Shown piece after piece: positions 45,097 through 54,496 of a stretch of 64,000 nt of DNA (its first letter is position 1; each line of letters opens with the position of its first letter). The stretch lies in NCBI GenBank assembly GCA_947063875.1, contig CAMSTY010000010.1, forward strand, positions 11,069 to 75,068, written 5' to 3'. The notes under the pieces are model-generated. The model had not been told where the DNA came from. It made no database searches and saw nothing but the letters and a program-made list of their open reading frames with translations. The translations under genes and the position numbers were made by a program. Origin of the DNA: an uncultured bacterium. GTDB taxonomy: Bacteria > Bacillota > Clostridia > Lachnospirales > Lachnospiraceae.

Positions 45097-45456
45097 ATGA
45101 AGAAAATGAAGATTCCAGTCCTGTTTCTTTTGGCATTGCTGTCTGTTTTTTGCCTGACAGCCTGTGGAAACAATAAAAATGACAGCACAACCGGCACAAG
45201 CGCCCCTCAGACCAGCCAGTCCTCGTCATCGGCAGCCTCTGAAAGTTCCGGAGGGAGCAACGATACGGGGAGCACAGGAGATTCCGGAAACAATGGAAGT
45301 TCCGCAGGAACAAAGAATGACGGCGAGAATGCTGCGGACAACGAAAACGAGGAGAGCAGTTCGGGGGTGCTTGACGGACTGATGGATGATGTGGAGCAGG
45401 GAGTCGACGACCTGACAGGAGACGACGGTTCCAGGGCTTCGGATGAAAGTAAATAA
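45097..45456 (+). CDS. Low-complexity Ser/Gly/Asp/Asn-rich lipoprotein
   Basis: MKKMKIPVLFLLALLSVFCLTACG lipobox. RBS AAAGGAGAA. Confidence 0.75.
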   Translation: MKKMKIPVLFLLALLSVFCLTACGNNKNDSTTGTSAPQTSQSSSSAASESSGGSNDTGSTGDSGNNGSSAGTKNDGENAADNENEESSSGVLDGLMDDVEQGVDDLTGDDGSRASDESK

Positions 45457-45466
45457 AGAGAACGGG

Positions 45467-45509
45467 GAAATACCAGACGGGAAGCAGGGTCTGGTATTTC
45501 TTCGCTTTG
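45467..45509 (+). terminator. Rho-independent terminator after the lipoprotein gene
   Basis: GAAATACCAGAC-10 nt-GTCTGGTATTTC (12 bp perfect stem) followed by TTCGCTTTG. Confidence 0.65.
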
Positions 45510-45523
45510 CACCATGTTGATTC

Positions 45524-45552
45524 TTGACAGCGGCGAAAGATTATGTTACCCT
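45524..45552 (+). promoter_or_regulatory. Promoter candidate at the head of the long pre-purC region
   Basis: TTGACA, 17-nt spacer, TACCCT, with TGn extended -10. Confidence 0.35.
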
Positions 45553-45650
45553 CAGCATATTCAGATATATCAAGTATTTCTGCAAGCGGGCGGCAGGGGG
45601 GTCCTTCTGCTGATTTCCCAAAAACGGTTTGAGAAAAGGGCGAAGAGAAT

Positions 45651-45968
45651 ATGGGAAAGACAATTTATCAGGGAAAATGTGCCTGGAGGAAGCGGATTGG
45701 GAGAAGAAACGGGATACGGCCCGGTCTGAAATTCTGGCGCATAGCAATCTTGGGGGTAATTCTGGCGGCATTGCCCGGACGGCTTTCGCCGGAAGACAGG
45801 ATGAGATTCCGTGTGGCAAACAGCCGCAAGGAGTACCGGGCGGAGTGGATTCTCCCGCCGCAGAATTTTGAGAACCATTCGCAGGATGTCTACGGGATAC
45901 GTATTTGCCCGGAGAATTGGGAGGCGGAATTTTACCATAGCGAAGAAATAATCCGCCCGGGACCGTAA
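45651..45968 (+). CDS. Doubtful 105-aa ORF (basic N-terminus, one TM helix, ~65-aa ectodomain)
   Basis: MGKTIYQGKCAWRKRIGRRNGIRPGLKFWRIAILGVILAALPG... obeys the positive-inside rule, but the RBS is weak and competing ORFs exist in other frames. Confidence 0.3.
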   Translation: MGKTIYQGKCAWRKRIGRRNGIRPGLKFWRIAILGVILAALPGRLSPEDRMRFRVANSRKEYRAEWILPPQNFENHSQDVYGIRICPENWEAEFYHSEEIIRPGP

Positions 45969-46066
45969 AAAGAACCTATTGCAATTATATGGGTGATATA
46001 TTATAATTTCACTGAATCGGAGCATCCCAATGATTGTCAATTACTGGAAAAGGACAGGTGAATACC

Positions 46067-46777
46067 ATGGAGAAAAAAGAATTATTGTATGAAGGCAAGG
46101 CCAAAAAAGTGTATACAACAGAGAATCCTGAGCAGCTGATCGTCTCCTACAAGGATGACGCCACGGCTTTTGACGGCCAGAAGAAGGGTACGATCGTCGG
46201 AAAGGGCGCAATCAACAACCGCATGACCAACCATATCTTCAAACTGCTGGAGCAGAAAGGCGTGCCGACCCATCTGGTGGAGGAGCTGAATGACCGGGAG
46301 ACCGTGGTAAAGAAGGTGGAGATCGTTCCGCTGGAGGTGATTATCCGCAATTATTCCGCCGGAAGCTTTGCCAAGAAGCTGGGGATGGAAGAGGGGATTA
46401 AGCTGGCCTGCCCGACGCTGGAGTTCAGCTATAAGAATGATGATCTGCACGATCCTTTTATCAATGGATATTATGCCTTGGCCTTGAATCTGGCAACCAG
46501 GGAGGAGATTGATGTGATCACCCGCTATGCGTTTATCGTCAATGAAGTGATGCAGGAGTATTTTGCGGGTTTGGGCATTGACCTGATCGACTTTAAGATT
46601 GAGTTCGGCCGCCTGGCAGACGGTACGGTTATTCTTGCGGATGAGGTTTCTCCTGACACCTGCCGCCTCTGGGATAAAGAGACCCATGAGAAGCTGGACA
46701 AGGACCGTTTCCGCCGTGACCTGGGGAATGTGGAAGATGCTTACAATGAGGTGTTCCGTCGTCTGGGAATCCACTGA
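46067..46777 (+). CDS. purC: Phosphoribosylaminoimidazole-succinocarboxamide (SAICAR) synthase
   Basis: LLYEGKAKKVY...SYKDDATAFDG...LADEVSPDTCRLWD. Confidence 0.95.
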   Translation: MEKKELLYEGKAKKVYTTENPEQLIVSYKDDATAFDGQKKGTIVGKGAINNRMTNHIFKLLEQKGVPTHLVEELNDRETVVKKVEIVPLEVIIRNYSAGSFAKKLGMEEGIKLACPTLEFSYKNDDLHDPFINGYYALALNLATREEIDVITRYAFIVNEVMQEYFAGLGIDLIDFKIEFGRLADGTVILADEVSPDTCRLWDKETHEKLDKDRFRRDLGNVEDAYNEVFRRLGIH

Positions 46778-46792
46778 GCGAGGAGGAGGAGC

Positions 46793-48223
46793 ATGTACGA
46801 CAAATATCAGAGTCCGCTGTCAGAACGGTACGCAAGCAGTGAGATGCAGTACATTTTTTCTCCGGACAAGAAGTTTAAGACCTGGAGGAAGCTTTGGATT
46901 GCCCTGGCGGAGACGGAGAAGGAACTGGGACTTCCGATCACCCAGGAGCAGATCGATGAATTGAAAGCGCATGCGGAAGACATTAATTATGAGGTGGCAA
47001 AAGAGCGGGAGCGGCTGGTGCGCCATGATGTGATGTCCCATGTGTTTGCCTATGGCCAGCAGTGCCCGAAGGCGAAAGGGATTATCCATCTGGGGGCCAC
47101 CTCCTGCTACGTGGGGGACAATACGGATCTTATCATTATGACGGAAGCGCTGAGGCTGGTGCGTAAAAAGCTGATCAATGTGATAGCGGAATTGGCGAAG
47201 TTCGCGGACCTTTATAAGGCGCAGCCGACGCTGGCGTTTACCCACTTCCAGCCGGCGCAGCCGACTACCGTGGGGAAGCGGGCGACGCTTTGGCTGCAGG
47301 AGCTGTGTCTGGATTTGGAAGATCTGGACCACGTGCTTGGCTCCATGAAGCTTCTGGGTTCCAAGGGAACCACGGGCACCCAGGCCAGCTTCCTGGAATT
47401 GTTCGAGGGAGATCACGAGAAATGCCGTCAGGCGGACCGGATGATCGCAGGGAAGATGGGGTTTTCGGAGTGTTACCCGGTATCCGGGCAGACGTATTCG
47501 CGCAAGGTGGATACCCGGGTGGTCAATGTGCTGGCCGGCATTGCCCAGAGCGCGCACAAGTTTTCCAATGATATCCGCCTTTTGCAGCACTTAAAAGAGG
47601 TGGAAGAACCGTTTGAGAAGAACCAGATCGGTTCCTCGGCCATGGCCTATAAGCGTAATCCCATGCGCAGCGAGCGTATTGCCTCTTTGTCCAATTATGT
47701 GATGAGCGACGTGATCAACCCCATGCTTGTGGCTTCTACGCAGTGGTTTGAGAGGACCCTGGATGACTCGGCGAATAAGCGGCTGAGCATTCCGGAAGGT
47801 TTTCTGGCAGTGGACGGGATTCTGGATCTGTATCTGAATGTCGTGGACGGGCTGGTTGTGTATCCGAAAGTGATTGAGAAGCATTTTATGGCGGAACTGC
47901 CCTTTATGGCCACGGAAAACATCATGATGGATGCGGTAAAGGCCGGCGGCGACCGTCAGGAACTGCACGAATTGATCCGTACCTTGTCGATGGAGGCAGG
48001 GCGGAACGTGAAGGAGAAAGGGTTGGACAATAACCTGCTGGAATTGATTGCGGCAGAGCCGGCGTTCGGGCTTTCGCTGGAGGAACTGCAAAAATGTATG
48101 GAACCATCCCGCTATGTGGGAAGAGCGCCCAGACAGGTGGAGGAATTCCTGGAAGAAGTGGTAAGGCCGCTTCTTAAGGAGAACCAGGAAGTGCTGGGGA
48201 TGAAAGCGGAGATTCATGTATAG
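46793..48223 (+). CDS. purB: Adenylosuccinate lyase
   Basis: YQSPLSERYAS.EM, GATSCYVGDN and GSSAMAYKRNPMRSE (fumarate-lyase signature). Confidence 0.95.
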   Translation: MYDKYQSPLSERYASSEMQYIFSPDKKFKTWRKLWIALAETEKELGLPITQEQIDELKAHAEDINYEVAKERERLVRHDVMSHVFAYGQQCPKAKGIIHLGATSCYVGDNTDLIIMTEALRLVRKKLINVIAELAKFADLYKAQPTLAFTHFQPAQPTTVGKRATLWLQELCLDLEDLDHVLGSMKLLGSKGTTGTQASFLELFEGDHEKCRQADRMIAGKMGFSECYPVSGQTYSRKVDTRVVNVLAGIAQSAHKFSNDIRLLQHLKEVEEPFEKNQIGSSAMAYKRNPMRSERIASLSNYVMSDVINPMLVASTQWFERTLDDSANKRLSIPEGFLAVDGILDLYLNVVDGLVVYPKVIEKHFMAELPFMATENIMMDAVKAGGDRQELHELIRTLSMEAGRNVKEKGLDNNLLELIAAEPAFGLSLEELQKCMEPSRYVGRAPRQVEEFLEEVVRPLLKENQEVLGMKAEIHV

Positions 48224-48237
48224 CGGATTACTGTTAA

Positions 48238-49578
<1,341 letters not shown>

Positions 49579-49676
49579 AGAAAATCATCAGGAAACAGCA
49601 AAAATGCCTTATTTTTCCTGACAGAAAAGCCGATATAAACAGTATATCAGGTATTGACACCAGAAAGGAGAAAATT

Positions 49677-50585
49677 ATGGCAATTAATGGAGTTTCGTCA
49701 AATTACGGCTACAATTACGGCGGCTACAGTTCGATGATCAACACCGACAGCTGGAAGGAAAGCGCAGAGAAGGAAGCAGACAGCATCAAGGAGAGCCTGG
49801 GAATCAATACTTCCTCCAGCAGCAGTTCCAATAAGACCAGCAGTTCCAGCACCGCGAAGGCGACCAGCAGCACATCAGCATTCCTTATGGAATATCAGAG
49901 CAGGCTGGAAGATCTGGAGGCAGCGGCCAGCAAGCTGCAGACCACCAAGAAGGACAACGTGTTCAGCAAGTATGACGCCGCGGTTGCAGAGGCTGCCAAG
50001 ACTCAGATTACAGGAGAGGATGGAAAACCCGCGGAGGTTTCCAACGAGAAAGTCGAGGCGGCGAAAGACGCCATTGTCGATGCGACAAAGGACTTTATCG
50101 ATGAACTCAACGGCACGATCAGTTACCTGTCAAAGAACAGCGGCCACAGTTCCACGGTTGCTTTCCAGCTGGCAGGCCTGAGACGTACGATCCCGTCTGA
50201 CAAGGCGCTGGCAAAGATTGGCATCAGTGTTGACACCAAGGGGAACCTGGAGATGGACGAGGAGAAGTTCAGAGAGGCTTTGGAGAAAGATCCGGAGTTG
50301 GTGAAGGACCTGCTGGGCGGACAATTCGGGATGGCAGAGCGCGCAGGCGATAAGGCTACGGAGATCCTGGATATGTCGGTCAACGAGATCCTGGACGGCT
50401 CGGCTGCTTCCAGTGATACCTCGAGCAGCAGCAGCAGTTCCAGCAGCAGCGCATCCAGCGCATCTACCTCTTCCTCCAAGTCAACAATGTCGGATTCGTT
50501 CCGCCAGTTTGCTAATTTTGCCAAGAGCGGTGCGTATAATCTGAGCAATTATTATGCAGTATCCATGCTGAATATTTTGGTTTAA
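49677..50585 (+). CDS. Ser-rich protein with a FliD-C-terminal-like segment
   Basis: LAKIGISVDTKGNLEMDEEKFREALEKDPELVKDLLGG resembles the FliD_C domain. Poly-Ser tracts are present. The C-terminus is ...YYAVSMLNILV. It lies directly upstream of the flagellar operon. Confidence 0.65.
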   Translation: MAINGVSSNYGYNYGGYSSMINTDSWKESAEKEADSIKESLGINTSSSSSSNKTSSSSTAKATSSTSAFLMEYQSRLEDLEAAASKLQTTKKDNVFSKYDAAVAEAAKTQITGEDGKPAEVSNEKVEAAKDAIVDATKDFIDELNGTISYLSKNSGHSSTVAFQLAGLRRTIPSDKALAKIGISVDTKGNLEMDEEKFREALEKDPELVKDLLGGQFGMAERAGDKATEILDMSVNEILDGSAASSDTSSSSSSSSSSASSASTSSSKSTMSDSFRQFANFAKSGAYNLSNYYAVSMLNILV

Positions 50586-50597
50586 CAGGCATAGGCT

Positions 50598-50630
50598 TAC
50601 CGGCGGAAACCTACCGCCGGTATTTTATTG
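50598..50630 (+). terminator. Rho-independent terminator
   Basis: TACCGGCGG-aaaccta-CCGCCGGTA followed by TTTTATTG. Confidence 0.75.
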
Positions 50631-50706
50631 TTAAAATGACAGTTTTTGATGTACACATGACGCGCACATTTTTATGTGAGAAAAACGTGAAAATAAGACG
50701 AAGTTC

Positions 50707-50735
50707 TTGACACGAAAAAAATATTGAGGCATAAT
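50707..50735 (+). promoter_or_regulatory. Sigma-A-type promoter of the flagellar (flgB) operon
   Basis: TTGACA, 17-nt spacer, CATAAT. Confidence 0.6.
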
Positions 50736-50760
50736 ATATTCTGACCATTAATTAATTGAA

Positions 50761-50777
50761 TTTTTTTGGGGGGGGGG
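50761..50777 (+). repeat. Homopolymeric T7G10 tract in the flgB 5' UTR
   Basis: Read directly from the sequence: tttttttgggggggggg. Confidence 0.9.
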
Positions 50778-50917
50778 ATTTCCGTCTACTCAAAACAGAG
50801 TCCCTCCTCGTTTGACGTGTGAATAAAGCACAGCGGGGCCGGATGGCAGAAAGTTACTATTGAAAAATATCTGCTCATGGCGGAAAATAATAAGAAGAAT
50901 AAAAGGAGAACAAAAGC

Positions 50918-51310
50918 ATGGAAGGGATTTATGGAAATGGTGTTGCGCTTTCGGAAAAGGTTCTTGACTATTTATGGGGCAGGCAGTCCGTGGCATTGAA
51001 CAATGTTGCTAATGTGGACACTCCTGGATTTAAGTCCCAGTACGTGACTTTTGAGGAAGAAATGAGCAGGCGGCTCTCTGAGGCCAGCAGCCTGAAAAAG
51101 GGCCCGAAGAAGGCGGTGTCCGAAGCAATCCGGGCATCTCAGTCCAAACTTAACACTACCTGGCAGGAATCTTCCCGGCTGGACGGAAATAATGTGGATA
51201 TGGATCAGGAACAAGTGGAGATTGTCCGGACGGCATATCAGTACCAATACGTTCTCAATTCGATTACCAATGACATTAACCGTCTGAAGAGTGCGGCGAA
51301 GACTTTTTAG
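50918..51310 (+). CDS. flgB: Flagellar basal-body rod protein FlgB
   Basis: NNVANVDTPGFK (rod N-motif) and DGNNVDMDQEQVEI. 130 aa. RBS AAAGGAGAA. Confidence 0.9.
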   Translation: MEGIYGNGVALSEKVLDYLWGRQSVALNNVANVDTPGFKSQYVTFEEEMSRRLSEASSLKKGPKKAVSEAIRASQSKLNTTWQESSRLDGNNVDMDQEQVEIVRTAYQYQYVLNSITNDINRLKSAAKTF

Positions 51311-51344
51311 TTCTGGTTTATAGATAAGAGGGAGGAATGCGACT

Positions 51345-51668
51345 ATGGAGGGTGCGGCTTTTATCACGCCCATGACCCCGTGGGCCAATATCGGCATAAC
51401 GGGGGATTTGAATCAGGTTCAGAATGCTCCGTCGGCGAATGCGGAAGCATCTTTATTCAAAGATATTTTTAAAAACACAGTGAATCAGGTGAAAGAGACT
51501 CAGGCAGACGTGGAGCACAAACAGTATCTGTTATCCACCGGACAGTTAGATGACGCCCATACGCTTCCGATCGCGGAAGCGAAAGCGGGGCTTGCTTTGG
51601 ATGTGATGATTTCCCTCCGCAATAAGACGATGGAATCCTACAATGAGTTGATTAAGATTAATGTCTGA
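51345..51668 (+). CDS. fliE: Flagellar hook-basal body complex protein FliE
   Basis: FKDIFKNTVNQVKETQ...DAHTLPIAEAKAGLALDVMISLRNKTMESYNELIKI is typical FliE. RBS GAGGGAGGA. Confidence 0.85.
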   Translation: MEGAAFITPMTPWANIGITGDLNQVQNAPSANAEASLFKDIFKNTVNQVKETQADVEHKQYLLSTGQLDDAHTLPIAEAKAGLALDVMISLRNKTMESYNELIKINV

Positions 51669-51723
51669 TGCAATGCAGAATTGGGATGGAAGGGATTTGT
51701 TTAGATATTAATTAAAACAAAGG

Positions 51724-53478
51724 TTGGATAAAGACGTGCAGAATTTGAAAGAAAACTGGCAGAACCTGCCAGAAAAAACCCGGACTCTTATAAAGGTGCT
51801 CGCAGGGGGGACGGTGGCGATTGCCCTGATTGCGATCCTTGCATTAAATCTTGGAAAGAATAAAGATTACAGTACCCTCTTTACGGGACTGAATCAGGAA
51901 GAAGCCCAGGAGGTGGTCAGCCTCCTTCAGGGAGAGGGGGTCGATTATCGGTTTGATACCAATGATAATTCGATACGGGTCCCCTCTGCCACGGTGGATC
52001 AGACAAGAGCGAATCTCTTGAGCAGAGGATATCCCAAGAGCGGTTTTACATACGATATGTATCTGAATAATACTGGCCTGATGACGACGGAGTCGGATAA
52101 GGAACAGATTACCCTGTACGAACTGCAGGACCGTTTGGGTGCGCAGATTCGGCTTTTTGAGGGTGTGCAGGATGCCAAGGTGACGATTTCCCCGGCGGGC
52201 GAAAGGCGTTTTGTGATCGGGGACGAGGCAGAGATGGATGCCTCGGGTTCTGTGGTTGTGACTATGAAAAACGGCAGTTCCCTGACGCCGGAGAAGGCGC
52301 AGGCGGTAAAGGGCCTGATCTCTCATGCTGTCCGCGGACTGAATGTGACGAATGTGGCTGTGTATGACGCTGCCACCATGATTGAGGTAAGCGGAGAAGC
52401 GGAGGGTTCCTCCGGCGGGGCTACGGATATTACCAGCCTTACCACGATGGTGGAGACCAGCATTGCCGCTAATGTAAGGCGGGTACTGGAGCAGCTTTAC
52501 GGTTCCGGGAACGTGGCCGTTTCCGTAAAGGGACGGCTCAACATGGAGAAACTGATCCAGGAAAGCACCCAGTATACGACGCCGGATAAGATCGACGAGG
52601 AGGACAAAGACGGACTTCTTCAGACGGAAGAGGTGCGGGATGAGAGCACTACTTCTTCCAATCAGGCGGCAGGAGGCCTGGTTGGCGCAGACGCCAATGC
52701 AGACACGCCGCGTTATACGAATAACAACGGTACCGGACAGATCAATGACAACTATGCCAACAGCAGCGCGTCCAGGGTATGGCTCTACAATATGCTGAAG
52801 GAGCAGAGGCAGATCGAGCCGGGCGTTCTGGAGGATGTCTCGATCGGTGTCATGATTACTACGGATGATACGGAATCCGTGACGCAGGAGAACCTGATGC
52901 GCCTGGTTGCCAACTCGGCCGGCATCCCGGTGGATACCGCAGACCAGAAGGTGACGATTATCCGGGCGCCGGGACAGAAGGTGGAAGTGCCCACCGAGAG
53001 GCCGGTTGTGCCGACCGGAGGCGTGGGAACGGTGATCTCCACGATTCCGCTTCCGCTATTGATTGCGATAGGCGCCGGCATTCTGTTGCTGCTTTTGCTT
53101 CTGCTGTTGCTTCTGCTTCGTTCGCGGCGCAAGAAGAAAGAATTGGCGCTGGAGGAGGCGCAGATTGCCGAGGGTGAGTTGGAAGGCGAGGACGGAGTGC
53201 TGACTGGCGAAGACGGAGAGCTGATAGCCGGTGAGGACGGCATGGATATGTCCGGTATGCCTGGGGCTCAGGATGAAGAAGAGGACGAATTTGCCAAGAA
53301 TGAGGAGATCCTGAATCTGCGTATGCAGAGGAGCCTTCGTCTGAAGCAGAATATATCCGAGTTTGTTGATCAGAACCCGCAGATTGCTGCGAAACTGGTG
53401 CAAAGCTGGCTGAGAGGGGAGGATAACAGTGGCGACGATAGAAGAAAACATTCTGGGACTAGAAAGCAGTCCAGATAA
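51724..53478 (+). CDS. fliF: Flagellar M-ring protein FliF
   Basis: N-terminal TM, YSTLFTGLNQEEAQEVVSLLQGEGVDYRFD, a second TM (poly-Leu) and a charged C-terminal FliG-binding tail. The start may be the GTG at 51736. Confidence 0.9.
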   Translation: MDKDVQNLKENWQNLPEKTRTLIKVLAGGTVAIALIAILALNLGKNKDYSTLFTGLNQEEAQEVVSLLQGEGVDYRFDTNDNSIRVPSATVDQTRANLLSRGYPKSGFTYDMYLNNTGLMTTESDKEQITLYELQDRLGAQIRLFEGVQDAKVTISPAGERRFVIGDEAEMDASGSVVVTMKNGSSLTPEKAQAVKGLISHAVRGLNVTNVAVYDAATMIEVSGEAEGSSGGATDITSLTTMVETSIAANVRRVLEQLYGSGNVAVSVKGRLNMEKLIQESTQYTTPDKIDEEDKDGLLQTEEVRDESTTSSNQAAGGLVGADANADTPRYTNNNGTGQINDNYANSSASRVWLYNMLKEQRQIEPGVLEDVSIGVMITTDDTESVTQENLMRLVANSAGIPVDTADQKVTIIRAPGQKVEVPTERPVVPTGGVGTVISTIPLPLLIAIGAGILLLLLLLLLLLLRSRRKKKELALEEAQIAEGELEGEDGVLTGEDGELIAGEDGMDMSGMPGAQDEEEDEFAKNEEILNLRMQRSLRLKQNISEFVDQNPQIAAKLVQSWLRGEDNSGDDRRKHSGTRKQSR

Positions 53479-54496
53479 GGCAGAAGGAGAATTGATAACC
53501 GACGCCAAGAGCAAAGCGGCGCTGGTGGTGGTGTCGCTGGGGGCGGACCGGGCTTCCCAGATATACAAGTATCTGAACGAGCAGGATATCGAGGACCTTA
53601 CATATGAAGTGGCAAAGCTGGGCAAGACCAACAACACTCAGGTCGAGGCGGTGCTGGATGAGTTTTATAAACTCTGTCTGACCCACAAGATGATGACGGA
53701 CGGCGGTCTGGATTATGCCCGCAACGTACTGGAAAAGGCATTTGGAGAGTCTACGGCGAGGAACTTGCTGGAAAAGGTATCCAAGACTCTTCAGTCGAAG
53801 CCGTTTAATTTCTTTACCAAGGGAGATCCTAAGGCTTTGTTCTCCTTGCTGCAGAATGAGCGCCCGCAGGTGATTGCGCTGATCCTTGCTTATATGGATG
53901 CCATGCAGGCGGCGCAGATCCTGGAAGAACTTCCGGATGACAAGCGGATTCAGACGGTAGAGAGCATGGCGCGGATGGACCGAGTGTCTCCGGAGGCGAT
54001 TGCCATCGTGGAAGAGGAGATGAAGCGGAAGTTTGCGACCATTATCACCAGCGAGGACAATATGAGCCTGGGCGGTATCGATTATGTGGCCGATATGATG
54101 AACCATGTAGACCGCAGCAGCGAGAGAAAGATTTTCGAGGAATTGGGGAAACGCAATCCGGAACTGGCCCAGAGCATCCGCGACAAGATGTTCGTGTTCG
54201 AGAATATCCTCGATATGGACGATCGTTCCGTACAGCGTTTTGTCCGCGATTGCGACGCCAAGGATATCGTATTTGCCTTGAAGAACGCGTCCGAGGAGAT
54301 GAAGTCGGTGTTTTTCAACAACATGTCCAAGCGTATGATGGAGACCGTCCGCGGCGATCTGGAGATTACGACCAATGTAAGGCTGAAGGATGTAGAAGAG
54401 GCCCAGCAGAGGATTGTCAATATTATCCGGAACCTGGAGGAGCAGGGTGAGGTGATCATTAAGAAGGGAGGCGACAATGACGACATCATCGTCTAG
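53429..54496 (+). CDS. fliG: Flagellar motor switch protein FliG
   Basis: KAALVVVSLGADRASQIYKYL and the MFVFENI motif, with a charged-ridge C-domain. GTG start after GGGGAGGA; overlaps the fliF end. Confidence 0.92.
   Translation: MATIEENILGLESSPDKAEGELITDAKSKAALVVVSLGADRASQIYKYLNEQDIEDLTYEVAKLGKTNNTQVEAVLDEFYKLCLTHKMMTDGGLDYARNVLEKAFGESTARNLLEKVSKTLQSKPFNFFTKGDPKALFSLLQNERPQVIALILAYMDAMQAAQILEELPDDKRIQTVESMARMDRVSPEAIAIVEEEMKRKFATIITSEDNMSLGGIDYVADMMNHVDRSSERKIFEELGKRNPELAQSIRDKMFVFENILDMDDRSVQRFVRDCDAKDIVFALKNASEEMKSVFFNNMSKRMMETVRGDLEITTNVRLKDVEEAQQRIVNIIRNLEEQGEVIIKKGGDNDDIIV

Noticed and set aside
45968-46066. Purine, ZTP or PurR-box regulation immediately upstream of purC.
   Set aside because: I found no match by eye to the guanine/adenine riboswitch core (UAUAAUCGCGUGGAUAUGGCACGCAAGUUUCUACCGGGCA-like), the ZTP pfl motif or the Firmicute PurBox.
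50742-50917. Looked for a c-di-GMP (GEMM-I/II) riboswitch or an invertible flagellar switch in the flgB leader, as in C. difficile.
   Set aside because: I could not recognise GEMM core motifs or flanking long inverted repeats by eye. Only the T7G10 tract stands out. An Rfam scan would be needed to exclude them fully.
53080-53125. CTG/TTG-rich repetitive DNA in fliF, poly-Ser-encoding AGC runs in the FliD-like gene (about 50420-50470), and the GAAAAGGG repeat in the Rpn gene (about 28225-28255).
   Set aside because: These are in-frame codon repeats encoding a poly-Leu TM helix, Ser tracts and ERG/EKG repeats respectively. They are not independent repeat elements or CRISPR-like arrays.
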